Source of the DNA: Spirochaetia bacterium
GTDB lineage: Bacteria; Spirochaetota; Spirochaetia; UBA9216
DNA length: 64,000 nt
Direction of reading: 5' to 3'
NCBI GenBank assembly: GCA_965140585.1
Contig: OZ223272.1
Coordinates: forward strand, 274,775-338,774
Position 1 is the stretch's first letter. The number at the start of each line of letters is the position of its first letter. Below, in pieces: positions 37,155-46,665 of this stretch. Position numbers and translations under genes: made by a program. The notes under the pieces were generated by a model, which had not been told where the DNA came from, did not search any database, and saw only the letters and a list, made by a program, of their open reading frames with translations.

Positions 37155-38009
37155 TTAAGAAAAATTATTCCTGCACATATCGACAATCTCGTCCCTGCGG
37201 TCAACGCCCAGCTTGTCCCTGATATGCTTCATATGCTCTTTAAGTGTATAGGGTGAGATCCCGAGCCTTTCAGCCAATGCTCTGTCCCTTTCCCGGTAAA
37301 CAACCAGAGCCTCAATAACCTCCATCTCTCTGGGAGTAATACCCATGGAGTCAAGATCGGCAGGCTGGGTCAGCTGTCTGTACACCAGATCAAGATCATC
37401 AAGCTTGTTCTGCAGGCGGGTCCGCTCCATCTCTATCCGGCTCAGTTTATTTTCAGCCTCGGTTGTTAATTTTACGTAATAGATTATTTCATTTGAATAG
37501 ATAGTGTATAGGACACCTATAAAGACAAGGATATACATTATTGCATCCAGGCCGGCATTCCAGTGCACCACACCGCTCTGAAGCCTTGCAGCAATTTCAA
37601 TAATAACAAATATTATACCTATAAATAGAAATATCTTTAAAAGGGGCTTCTTCTCAAAGAGACCGTAGCGGAAACCGATTATCAAAGCAAGGATAACCAG
37701 GCCCAGTCCATGGAAGGAATTATAAACATCAAGAATTGCAATTGCACCTACAAGAAAGAAGATACACAGCTGAACATACCTTAAGAAATTGATGTCCTTA
37801 AGTGAAGTTAAGAAGGTAATGATTGAAACTGCAAGTATAACGCTTACGGAAGGATACAGCAGTGCATCAAGAACTGAGACTCTTTGCAAAAGACCGACAA
37901 AGTTAATAATTACAACAAGCATCCCAAGAGAGGAAACTATGTAGGCGATTCTTTTTTGTACCTTAAAAACCGAAGATTTTTTAGCTGATATCCCAGAAGC
38001 CATCGACAT
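37155..38009 (-). CDS. Membrane-anchored LuxR-family regulator (about 6 TM segments plus a C-terminal LuxR HTH)
   Basis: The HTH reads 'MEVIEALVVYRERDRALAERLGISPYTLKEHMKHIRDKLGV'. The N-terminal 200 aa are hydrophobic. Confidence 0.7.
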   Translation of the reverse strand: MSMASGISAKKSSVFKVQKRIAYIVSSLGMLVVIINFVGLLQRVSVLDALLYPSVSVILAVSIITFLTSLKDINFLRYVQLCIFFLVGAIAILDVYNSFHGLGLVILALIIGFRYGLFEKKPLLKIFLFIGIIFVIIEIAARLQSGVVHWNAGLDAIMYILVFIGVLYTIYSNEIIYYVKLTTEAENKLSRIEMERTRLQNKLDDLDLVYRQLTQPADLDSMGITPREMEVIEALVVYRERDRALAERLGISPYTLKEHMKHIRDKLGVDRRDEIVDMCRNNFS

Positions 38010-38529
38010 CTCCTGAACTCAAAATTTCATCCATTTCAGGACTTTCTACATTTTGTATTTCAGTGAGAAGTTGAGTTTCAACTGCCGAAGCATCCCATTT
38101 ACCGGCAGAAACAGGATTATACTTCCCCTTAGCTCCGTCGGAGTCGGTATCCTTCACGTGGTTGCGCAGACTCTGAAGTGCAAGCAGAGCCATTCCTCTT
38201 TTTATGATCTTTTCATCACCGCCCTGAAAATTCGATATATTGAACAGCCTGGCATAGACATCCTGATCATCAAGGTCATTATGTTCAAAAACAGATTTTC
38301 CCGCGGCCCTGGCAATATGGTATACAGCAAGATTCGCAACCGAGGTCCTCATTGGCTGTGAACAGCCGGCCAGAAAGGGGATTGCGGCAATAAGCTTTGC
38401 AGTTTTGTTTTCTGATAATTTCTTACTTTCATCAGCACTGAAACCGAATGAAGAAGAAACAACAGAAACTATGCTTTCCCATTGCCCGTCCGTGAACCCT
38501 GCTGAACTTGAATTTTCCAAAGTACCCAT
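37981..38529 (-). CDS. Hypothetical acidic protein (182 aa)
   Basis: GGGAGG precedes the ATG at 38529. Its 3' end overlaps the downstream LuxR gene by 29 nt. I recognise no motifs. Confidence 0.45.
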   Translation of the reverse strand: MGTLENSSSAGFTDGQWESIVSVVSSSFGFSADESKKLSENKTAKLIAAIPFLAGCSQPMRTSVANLAVYHIARAAGKSVFEHNDLDDQDVYARLFNISNFQGGDEKIIKRGMALLALQSLRNHVKDTDSDGAKGKYNPVSAGKWDASAVETQLLTEIQNVESPEMDEILSSGDVDGFWDIS

Positions 38530-38590
38530 GAAAACCTCCCGAAAATCTAAATAGATTATAAACGGGATAAGCATTTTTAGTCACTATGTT

Positions 38591-41500
38591 TTATTCAATA
38601 TATAGACAAACTTCACCCATAAGCCCCGCAGCTTCAGTTACATACTCCGGGGTGAAGGCCGCACCGGAGGGATGAAAATCTTCCCAGCTTATTCTGCTGC
38701 AGACATCTGCAGATCTGTGAAGCGGCCCAAGAAGGTTGCGAAGGTTTCCGACTATCTCAATTTCAACCGAGACAAGCCCGGCTGTAGGGGCAATTTTACC
38801 ACTGACGTCAATATCCGTCTCACGAAGGGCAAAGACAGGCTGATTTCCGCCAATTCTAATTACGGCAAGAGCACCGCGGAACTCACCCAGGTGAAGCATC
38901 AGCCGTCGACCCTCAGAAGCCTTAATCTCAGGCAGTGCTGCTGCAGGAATTTCATACTGGTAGATACAGCTGCCCGGGTAATGCTTCAGCCCCTGAAGCG
39001 ACCAGTCTCCCCGCTCAAGAACCGACGGCATTTCGATAATGCGGCGGGACGGGCTGACCCCGAAACTTCCTGTAATGTAGATATCTTCAAGCTCGGTTGA
39101 TGAGCAGTACATCAGATCTATTTCAAGCACATTCTCACCGGCTACAAGCGCAGGAATCCGGTGCTTGATAAAATCTTCATCGATAAACCACTGTTCTGTC
39201 TGTTCACAGGCCCTGGAATTACAGCTGATTTTCATCCCTGCGGATTTTTCAACTGCCGCAAAGACTTCTCTCTCGGGGATGCAGTCCGCGGTAAAAGAGA
39301 ACCGCAATGAAAGCGGATACTCTTTTTTATCATCAATCCAGAGGTAGCGCTGGGGTGCACCGTTGTAGTGGACAGCCTGCATGCCAAAACGTTCGCGGAT
39401 AATCTTCTGAGCCTGCCATACCGGCAGCTCATCACTCCATGCCTCATCGGCAATTCTGAAACTGCAGATATCAAGGGTAAGATCGTTTTCACTTGTAAGC
39501 CTGACAGGAGAGACAGCGGGAAATCCGTAAACAAGCTCAACAGAATCATGGGGATGCCGATAGTAGAGCGAAAGAGCCTGGGATACTTCAGGTTCAGCGG
39601 TCTCATCAATAAAAAAGACCACAGTTTCCTCTGCTTCAAATGAGAGCCTGCAGTTCATTCCGCCCTGATTATCAAGTTCAACAGGAACTATGGACTGATC
39701 TCCGGAAAGCAGATCAAGCCGGGTAAGCCTTCCCCTGTCGGCGAATTTCAGAATAAGTCCATCAAGTTTTTCAGCAGCGGTATTTACAATTGTAACAGCC
39801 CTGCCCGTTTCAAGGGTACGGGTCATCGAAAGCAGCCGGTCACAGTCGGTTCCGAATCCGTCACATATCCGCACCGGCCTTTGAACCATGGATGACATCA
39901 AGGAGACAAGCTCCCCTAAACGGCCTGCAGGATGTACGCGGAAATGACCTGTAAGCTCTGCTATCTTTCCGGATTTTTCAGCATCAACGTATTCAGGATA
40001 GGGAGTCATCCAGAAGATATGCCCCCCTGATTCAAGAAACCCGCTTAGAAGCTCAATGGTAGAGGCCATCAGAGTCTGAAGCGGCGGAACTATTACATAA
40101 GAATACCGGTGGTAACCAACCTGCAGTTTATCTCCACTTACGGCCGCGGAATCTTTCATGATAAGCTCATCACCGAAATCAAAATCAAACTGACGGGCAA
40201 GAAGTTGATGTGTCAGCTGGTTGTAGTAGTCGCCTTCGCGATTGAGATTCATCAGATGCCCATCAAGCCAGCCCATGTTCATGTACACTTTTGAAAGATC
40301 TTCATCAGCAGAACTGCCCGACTTCATCCAGAACGTTCCCACCGGATGAATCATGAGGATATCGCGGTGAACCTCCCCGGAGGTCGTGCAGACACCCAGG
40401 CGTGCAAAGTAGTCTTCCATAAAATGAGAATATTCCCAGAATGTTGACTGATAGTTGAAAGCCGGCGGATAATCACGCTTTCTGCAGCCGCTTATCGAGT
40501 AAAGAGTCAGATGCTGACACCTTTTGTTGACACCCATCACATACTGCCAGTCTCCAAGACGTTTCTGACCGGCAAAAGAGAACTCCCAGCCGGTGCATCC
40601 GTACATCTCTGACAGGACCATTTCGCGGCGGAACTGGTTGGCAACGCTTGTACACTGTTTTACCGTAAGATACTCACTGCGCTGATCACCAAGCAGGTCT
40701 ATTCCGGGAGCATGCATATAGCGGTAGTGCGGCATAACCGCCCCGTTGCAGCGGACGCCGTAGCCGAGATCGTTTTCATAAAGCATATGGCCGGTAAGTT
40801 TTACATCATGCCCTTCACACCAGTCATAGAGCTGTCTTGTATATGAAGAAACAAAGATTTCGGTAAGTGTAAGCCAGTAATCATAGCGGGCCTTTCCCGA
40901 GCCTTCGCCCTTAAAGAAAAGAAACGGCAGGATGCCTAAAATCTCATATCCGCGGGATTCTTTAAAATACTGTGAAAAAGAATCGGTCCATGGAAGCCAG
41001 GGCCGCCCCTGTGTAAAATTCGCGAAAAAGTCACAGACGTTGGGTTCATCAGTAAAAAAGCCCTTGATTGCCGTGCCGAGTTTTTCACCGAAGCGGTCGG
41101 CATAAGCCTTATGGGTTTTATTCAAAAACAGGCGGACCGCTTCCGGGTTCATGTTATCGCTTGGCGCAGAGCCGTTATACCATTCCGAGGGGCCTGAGAG
41201 CTCTCTTCTGAAAACCAGAAAGCGCTTTTCTTCACCGGGGCCAGCGTAGGGCTCAGCAGGGAAGACCGCTAGAATATCGGCGTCGTTGGAGGGGGTTTTG
41301 TTTGTGCTTATTTCAAGGGTCAGTGCTTTGGCTGAAAAATGCTGCGGATTGGCAGCGCTTACCGCCCCCCCGACACTGCCGGAGGGCCAGGTGTCCTCAT
41401 CATAGATCCAGACTTCCATGCCAGATTTTTCGGCATGATTCAGGGCTGCATCTGTACAGTCCATCCACTCATCTGAAAGGTACTCTGTTTCAAGCCCTTC

Positions 41501-41665
41501 CCGTGAATGAATGAAAAAGCCGCCTATGCCCTGCTCTTTCATCAGATCAATCTGACCGGTAAGCCTTTCGGGCCGGAGTGAATCGTTCCAGGCCCAGAAG
41601 GGTGCTGAACGGTACTTCGGTGAAGCCTCGTTCAGCCTTTTGTTTATCTCATCGAGTGTATCCAT
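38591..41665 (-). CDS. Large cytoplasmic glycoside-hydrolase-like protein (1024 aa), CAZy family not assignable by eye
   Basis: It has no signal peptide. The N-terminus 'YRSAPFWAWNDSLRPERLTGQIDLMKEQGIGGFFIHSREG...MEVWIYDEDTWPSG' is a TIM-barrel GH-like signature. Long beta-rich C-terminal domains follow. Confidence 0.55.
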   Translation of the reverse strand: MDTLDEINKRLNEASPKYRSAPFWAWNDSLRPERLTGQIDLMKEQGIGGFFIHSREGLETEYLSDEWMDCTDAALNHAEKSGMEVWIYDEDTWPSGSVGGAVSAANPQHFSAKALTLEISTNKTPSNDADILAVFPAEPYAGPGEEKRFLVFRRELSGPSEWYNGSAPSDNMNPEAVRLFLNKTHKAYADRFGEKLGTAIKGFFTDEPNVCDFFANFTQGRPWLPWTDSFSQYFKESRGYEILGILPFLFFKGEGSGKARYDYWLTLTEIFVSSYTRQLYDWCEGHDVKLTGHMLYENDLGYGVRCNGAVMPHYRYMHAPGIDLLGDQRSEYLTVKQCTSVANQFRREMVLSEMYGCTGWEFSFAGQKRLGDWQYVMGVNKRCQHLTLYSISGCRKRDYPPAFNYQSTFWEYSHFMEDYFARLGVCTTSGEVHRDILMIHPVGTFWMKSGSSADEDLSKVYMNMGWLDGHLMNLNREGDYYNQLTHQLLARQFDFDFGDELIMKDSAAVSGDKLQVGYHRYSYVIVPPLQTLMASTIELLSGFLESGGHIFWMTPYPEYVDAEKSGKIAELTGHFRVHPAGRLGELVSLMSSMVQRPVRICDGFGTDCDRLLSMTRTLETGRAVTIVNTAAEKLDGLILKFADRGRLTRLDLLSGDQSIVPVELDNQGGMNCRLSFEAEETVVFFIDETAEPEVSQALSLYYRHPHDSVELVYGFPAVSPVRLTSENDLTLDICSFRIADEAWSDELPVWQAQKIIRERFGMQAVHYNGAPQRYLWIDDKKEYPLSLRFSFTADCIPEREVFAAVEKSAGMKISCNSRACEQTEQWFIDEDFIKHRIPALVAGENVLEIDLMYCSSTELEDIYITGSFGVSPSRRIIEMPSVLERGDWSLQGLKHYPGSCIYQYEIPAAALPEIKASEGRRLMLHLGEFRGALAVIRIGGNQPVFALRETDIDVSGKIAPTAGLVSVEIEIVGNLRNLLGPLHRSADVCSRISWEDFHPSGAAFTPEYVTEAAGLMGEVCLYIE

Positions 41666-41674
41666 CTGCTGTTA

Positions 41675-42958
41675 TCAGGACATGAACCTGTTCGGAATTG
41701 CCATAACAATATCCGGAATGTAGGTAATTGCCAGAAGAACCGCAATCATAACCAGAATCATCGGAATAATTTCACGTATAACGCCGCTTATCTTTGTTTT
41801 TCCCAGTCCGGCAACAATGAAGAGCAGCATTCCGAATGGAGGTGTTGAAAGACCTATCATCATATTGAAACAGATTATTACACCGAAATGTACAAGGTCG
41901 ATTCCGAATGCATTAACAAGCGGAAGAACCATCGGAACAAATACAAGCTGTATGGTGCTCACATCAAGGACACAGCCCAAAAGCAGAAAGATAACATTAA
42001 CAACCATGAGGAAGACGTATTTGTTTTCGGTAATTCCCATTACAACGCCTGCAATAGCACGGGGAACCTGTTCAAGAGCGATGATATATGAGAAAAGCAT
42101 TGAAGTACCTGCAAGAAGTGCAAGGGTTGCTGTATTGGCAGCGCTTTTCTTGATGATTCTCCAGAACTTTTCAGGTCCGAGGTTCCGGTAGATAATGATT
42201 GAAATAATTATCGCATAACTCGAGGCAAGAGCTCCGGCTTCGGTCGGGGTTACGATACCGAGGTAGATTCCGCCGAGAAGGAGGACTACTGTAAAAAGTG
42301 CGGGAATTGCACTGATTGAAACCCTGATAAACTGACGTATCGCCATCATCTCACCGCGCGGATATTTACGTTTTGCAGAAACAATAGCTACATAGCCTGC
42401 AAGCATCAGAGAAAGGATGATTCCGGGAATCATACCGCCCATGAAAAGCTTGCCGATTGAAGCGCCTGAAAGCATTGCATAGATAACCATCGGGATACTC
42501 GGCGGAAATATAGGGCCGACTGTAGCGGATGCCGCTGTAAGTGCACAGCTGAAAGAAGAGTCATAGCCCTCTTTTTTCATCTGTTCAATTTCCATCAGTC
42601 CGATTCCGGAAGCATCTGCAATAGCTGAACCTGTCATCCCTGAAAAAATCAGTGATGCAGCTACATTAACCTGGGCTGTTCCGCCCCGCAGACGACCGAA
42701 AAGACCGTTACAGAATTTGAACAGCTTGTCGGTAATTTCGCCCTCGTTCATGACGTTAGCCATAAATATAAACAGGGGCGCCGCAAGCATTGTATAGTTT
42801 GAGAACATGTTTCCCGACATAACCGTAAAAACCTGCTCGAGACTTCTTCCGCTCAGAAGGAAGTAACTGATCGACGCTGCAAGCATCGCCATTGAAACGG
42901 GCATTCTGATGATGAAACAGAGAGCCAGAATCAGAAAAAGAATAAGTACTACGTTCAT
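41675..42958 (-). CDS. dctM: TRAP transporter large permease DctM
   Basis: It is a 427-aa polytopic DctM-like protein. Confidence 0.8.
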   Translation of the reverse strand: MNVVLILFLILALCFIIRMPVSMAMLAASISYFLLSGRSLEQVFTVMSGNMFSNYTMLAAPLFIFMANVMNEGEITDKLFKFCNGLFGRLRGGTAQVNVAASLIFSGMTGSAIADASGIGLMEIEQMKKEGYDSSFSCALTAASATVGPIFPPSIPMVIYAMLSGASIGKLFMGGMIPGIILSLMLAGYVAIVSAKRKYPRGEMMAIRQFIRVSISAIPALFTVVLLLGGIYLGIVTPTEAGALASSYAIIISIIIYRNLGPEKFWRIIKKSAANTATLALLAGTSMLFSYIIALEQVPRAIAGVVMGITENKYVFLMVVNVIFLLLGCVLDVSTIQLVFVPMVLPLVNAFGIDLVHFGVIICFNMMIGLSTPPFGMLLFIVAGLGKTKISGVIREIIPMILVMIAVLLAITYIPDIVMAIPNRFMS

Positions 42959-43464
42959 TTCTGTTCACCTTCCTTCCTGATGATTTCCGTCTGAAATTTT
43001 TTCACATGCTTCCAGCAGTCAAGCAGACTCCTTACAAGCATTTCGGCAAACATATAGATAAGCGGAGAGAATACAATTGTATACGGCAGCTTAAGAACGC
43101 CGGTTACCATCTTCTTTGCCAATAGAGAGTGGATTGACGGAATGAATACAGTAATCAGCAATATGCCGAGAGTCAGACTGCTGATAATATCAAAAACAAT
43201 CTTTACTCCGGGTCTTACATGATCATAAACCAGACCGAACACAACGTGCTCATCATTCTGCATTGCCTTGCCGACTCCGAAGAACATCGTCCACATATAA
43301 GCCAGAATACTTATTTCATACGCCCAGGGAACGGGAGCCTTTAAAACATATCTTGAGACAATTGTTACCATGAAGGTGACAAAAATCAAAAGAAACGTCA
43401 GGTTTGGAAGAACAGTCCCAAGTAAGTACATAACTGCTTTTCCGATCTTCTTTATCAGATCCAT
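42955..43464 (-). CDS. dctQ: TRAP transporter small permease DctQ
   Basis: It is a 169-aa four-TM protein. Its end overlaps dctM. Confidence 0.75.
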   Translation of the reverse strand: MDLIKKIGKAVMYLLGTVLPNLTFLLIFVTFMVTIVSRYVLKAPVPWAYEISILAYMWTMFFGVGKAMQNDEHVVFGLVYDHVRPGVKIVFDIISSLTLGILLITVFIPSIHSLLAKKMVTGVLKLPYTIVFSPLIYMFAEMLVRSLLDCWKHVKKFQTEIIRKEGEQK

Positions 43465-43570
43465 TTCCTACATCCTACCTATAAATTTGCCTTAGAAAAA
43501 TTAAGGAGGACCTCCGCAGGGAAGGTCTCTCCTTTAAAGAATAATTTGTTAAAATTTGATTCGCCAGTTT

Positions 43571-44581
43571 TTATTCTGCCATGGCCTGCACTTTTTCATA
43601 CAGATCCATATCCCATGTTGAAGTCATAGCTTCATTTGCTGCGTATGCAGCCTGTACATTTGCTCTGAACTCTGCAATATCAGGGTGAGTTACAGTCATG
43701 CCTTCGCCCTCGAAGAACTCAACAAGGCTGTTTTCACGTGAAATTCTTTCCTGATCGTTGAAAGCAATTGCGTAAGTCATAGCTTCCATTACTGCATCCT
43801 GCTGTTCAGTAGTCATCATGTTCCATTTGTCCAGGTTAACACAGGGCATAATAGAATCGATTACATGGTTTGTAATAGCAAGATATTTTGTTACCTCATA
43901 GAACTTTGCGCTTTCCACTGTAGGGAGGGGGTTATCCTGTCCGCCTACGGCACCGGTTTGAAGAGCTGTGTAGAGTTCGCTGAAAGACAGAGGCGTCGGG
44001 TTAGCACCGAGAGCCTTTCCGAGGAAGAGCCATGATTCCGAACCGGGCATTCTGAGGAGTACGCCGTTCATATCAGCATAGCTGTTGATTTTCTTGTCTT
44101 TTGTATTTACTACACGTGAACCGAGGTACATGCTTCCAAGCGGCTGAAGGCCGAGTTCCTGTACAGCTGGCCATATGTTTTCTTTTGCCAAATCGCCGTT
44201 AAGCACCTTAGTCATATGATCGTAAGAGCTGAAGAAGTAGCCTGAACCGAACATGCTGAATGAAGGAATCTGTGTAGCAAAAGTCGGGAATGAGATATAT
44301 GCCATGTCAGCCTGACCGCTGATAAGTGCATCGTATTCATTTTCCTGTGTGAAAAGTGTAGCGCTGTCATAAACCTTAACTTCAACAGAACCGCCGGTAA
44401 GTTCTTTTACCTTGTCTGCGAAAACGTACATTGCTTCAGTGTGTGAATCACCGGGTATTGAAACTGAAGTGAAAATGAGTTCTACGGGTTTAGCAGCGTC
44501 TTTTTCCTGTGATCCGCCTGCAAACAGCAGCATTCCTGCTCCAAGCATCAGAACAAGCATTACCAATCCAATCTTTTTCAT
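43571..44581 (-). CDS. dctP: TRAP transporter substrate-binding protein DctP
   Basis: It has a signal peptide and a DctP-family layout. Confidence 0.8.
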   Translation of the reverse strand: MKKIGLVMLVLMLGAGMLLFAGGSQEKDAAKPVELIFTSVSIPGDSHTEAMYVFADKVKELTGGSVEVKVYDSATLFTQENEYDALISGQADMAYISFPTFATQIPSFSMFGSGYFFSSYDHMTKVLNGDLAKENIWPAVQELGLQPLGSMYLGSRVVNTKDKKINSYADMNGVLLRMPGSESWLFLGKALGANPTPLSFSELYTALQTGAVGGQDNPLPTVESAKFYEVTKYLAITNHVIDSIMPCVNLDKWNMMTTEQQDAVMEAMTYAIAFNDQERISRENSLVEFFEGEGMTVTHPDIAEFRANVQAAYAANEAMTSTWDMDLYEKVQAMAE

Positions 44582-44624
44582 AAATTGCTCCTTTAGTTGA
44601 ATCTATTATCTCCCCTGTCTGGGG

Positions 44625-45551
44625 TTAATTCCAAATTCCAATCTGAGATCTCATCAGGTTGATCGATCTTCTCATCTGTTCTATCTCCATCTGGCGGTTA
44701 GGAGTGAACTGTGTAAAATCCTGAACCCTGCTGAACAGATTAATATTTAATCCGTCAAGTTCCATATGGTACTTGGCGTTAACCGGATACATCTGACATT
44801 CAATAGTGCTTGCAAAGCCTAGCAGGTCCTGAAGAACTTCCGCTTTTTTAGGCTCCTTCTCGAAATTGGCGCAGAGCCAGCTGTAAAGATCAGCATGAAA
44901 ATTAGCCATGATACCGCTGTATCCGGCAGCTCCCATTTTCAGGCTCTCAAGCAGTGTTGCTGCATTTGCGTTAAATATTTTTAGAGGTGTTCCGTCAACT
45001 GCGTTGAGTTTTGCCTTCAGTTCGGGCAGGCTGCAGCAGGTGTCTTTAAGAAAACTGAATTTCCCGGTCTGAGCACACCATGAAAGCAGTTCCGGCGACA
45101 TAAGTCTTTTATAAGGCTGCGGACATTCATAAATTCCAAAGCTGTCAGCCTTAACTCCGTTAATAAGCGCCTCTATGTTCTTTTTGGCAACGTCATCGCC
45201 CTCATCAGCAGCTGCAAACTGGTTAGAGATAAAAACATAGGAATCGGCTCCGGCATCAACAACAGCCTGGGCTTCCTCTATCTGTTCATCTATTGTCGGA
45301 GCAACATGTCCGGAGACAACTATACCCAGCCCCTTCGGCCTGTTTTTAATTATAAATGAAGCCAGTGTCAGCCGTTCTTCCTTTGACAATTTAAACATCT
45401 CACTTGACTGACATACGGCAAAGATACCGGTCACACGGCCCGCAGCATACCATTCAAGCATCTCAATTACACCGTCATAATCGATTTTATTATCTTCCGT
45501 ATACGGTGTAAGCATTACCGGCCATACACCATTTGAAATTGAATTGCTCAT
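44625..45551 (-). CDS. DapA/NanA-family class-I aldolase/lyase (dihydrodipicolinate synthase family)
   Basis: 'VWPVMLTPYTEDNKIDYDG' and the Schiff-base Lys motif 'FSFLKDT' are present. The start is the internal ATG at 45551, because the track extension overlaps the divergent araC. Confidence 0.7.
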   Translation of the reverse strand: MSNSISNGVWPVMLTPYTEDNKIDYDGVIEMLEWYAAGRVTGIFAVCQSSEMFKLSKEERLTLASFIIKNRPKGLGIVVSGHVAPTIDEQIEEAQAVVDAGADSYVFISNQFAAADEGDDVAKKNIEALINGVKADSFGIYECPQPYKRLMSPELLSWCAQTGKFSFLKDTCCSLPELKAKLNAVDGTPLKIFNANAATLLESLKMGAAGYSGIMANFHADLYSWLCANFEKEPKKAEVLQDLLGFASTIECQMYPVNAKYHMELDGLNINLFSRVQDFTQFTPNRQMEIEQMRRSINLMRSQIGIWN

Positions 45552-45685
45552 CCTCAAGATCCTTCCTGTATGAATCCATATTTTTATTAGTGGTTCGGAT
45601 TCATCTGTAGTATAATAGTGTGTGCTTAAATTGGACATTCAGGATTATCTTTAGTACTTTTCCAAACATCAGGAGGGGAATTTTA

Positions 45686-46588
45686 ATGCTGGAAATCATA
45701 GACGAGTACTGCTGGGAGAAACATAACAAGGTTATAACTCTTGACCAGCACGGTATTTCCGGTCTGAAAAACTTTGCACACTGGAATATGCCAACAGCAT
45801 CACTGCCTACCCCGCTTCATATTCATTCCGACATAATTGAGATTCACTGTCTGATCAAGGGAAAACGAAGCTGTCATGTTGATGATAAGGATTATACTAT
45901 CACCGGAAACGAGATGTTCATCTCATTCCCCTTTGAGCCCCATTATACCAGCAGTATTGATTTAAGCCCCTGTTCGTTTTTTGCACTCCAGATTGATACA
46001 AGCAGAAAGAAGCAGCTTCTTGGTCTCAATGAAACATACTCGCTGGCTCTATACAACATACTCAGTAGCCTGGAATACCGGCACCTGCGCTTTCCCTCAA
46101 CCGATCAGAAGCTTCTAAGCCTTGCATTCAGCAATATCAGCGATAACGACCCCCTCTCCCTCATGCAGGGGGTTCAGTATCTGTGTACCTTCCTTTTCAA
46201 GGTTCCAGAGTTCATTCCTGTACGAAAGCAGAAGAAAAATATTACAGATGAGAACATTAAACGGGCTGTTGATATCATTGACAGGGACTTTCAGGAACCT
46301 CTGCAGCTTAAAGAACTTGCGGCTATATCCGGCTATTCCCTGTCCAGATTTAAAAGTAAATTCAAGGAAATTGTAGGCTTTCCGCCGGCTAACTATATAA
46401 CCTTCAAAAAGCTCGAATGGGCCAAGCAGCAGCTTGCAGAAACCGATCTGCCTGTAACCCAGATTGCCCTTGATGCGGGTTTTTCATCGAGCAACTACTT
46501 CTGTACAGTGTTTCATAATTCAACACAGTACACCCCGAGCGAATTCAGAAAGACCTACCATGCAGCCTGCAAGGATGAAGAGGAATGA
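45686..46588 (+). CDS. AraC-family transcriptional regulator
   Basis: The C-terminal double HTH reads 'LKELAAISGYSLSRFKSKFKEIVGFPPANY...IALDAGFSSSNYFCTVFHNSTQYTPSEFRK'. Confidence 0.8.
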   Translation: MLEIIDEYCWEKHNKVITLDQHGISGLKNFAHWNMPTASLPTPLHIHSDIIEIHCLIKGKRSCHVDDKDYTITGNEMFISFPFEPHYTSSIDLSPCSFFALQIDTSRKKQLLGLNETYSLALYNILSSLEYRHLRFPSTDQKLLSLAFSNISDNDPLSLMQGVQYLCTFLFKVPEFIPVRKQKKNITDENIKRAVDIIDRDFQEPLQLKELAAISGYSLSRFKSKFKEIVGFPPANYITFKKLEWAKQQLAETDLPVTQIALDAGFSSSNYFCTVFHNSTQYTPSEFRKTYHAACKDEEE

Positions 46589-46597
46589 AAGCCTTCA

Positions 46598-46643
46598 TTG
46601 ACAAATAAAAACTTGACCTTCCCACAATAGGATCCGTGATAAT
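46598..46643 (+). promoter_or_regulatory. Promoter-like region upstream of the decayed GRE (TTGACA / TTGACC ... TGATAAT), followed by a GGAGGAAGGGG RBS
   Basis: The -35 and -10 hexamers and the RBS are visible in the sequence. Confidence 0.4.
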
Positions 46644-46665
46644 TGCCTCCGGAGGAAGGGGTTTT

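Noticed and set aside
44625-45638. N-terminal 29-aa extension of the DapA-like gene and 22-aa extension of the AraC gene from the track
   Set aside because: The two extensions overlap each other on opposite strands across the divergent promoter region. Internal ATGs at 45551 and 45686 give family-typical N-termini.
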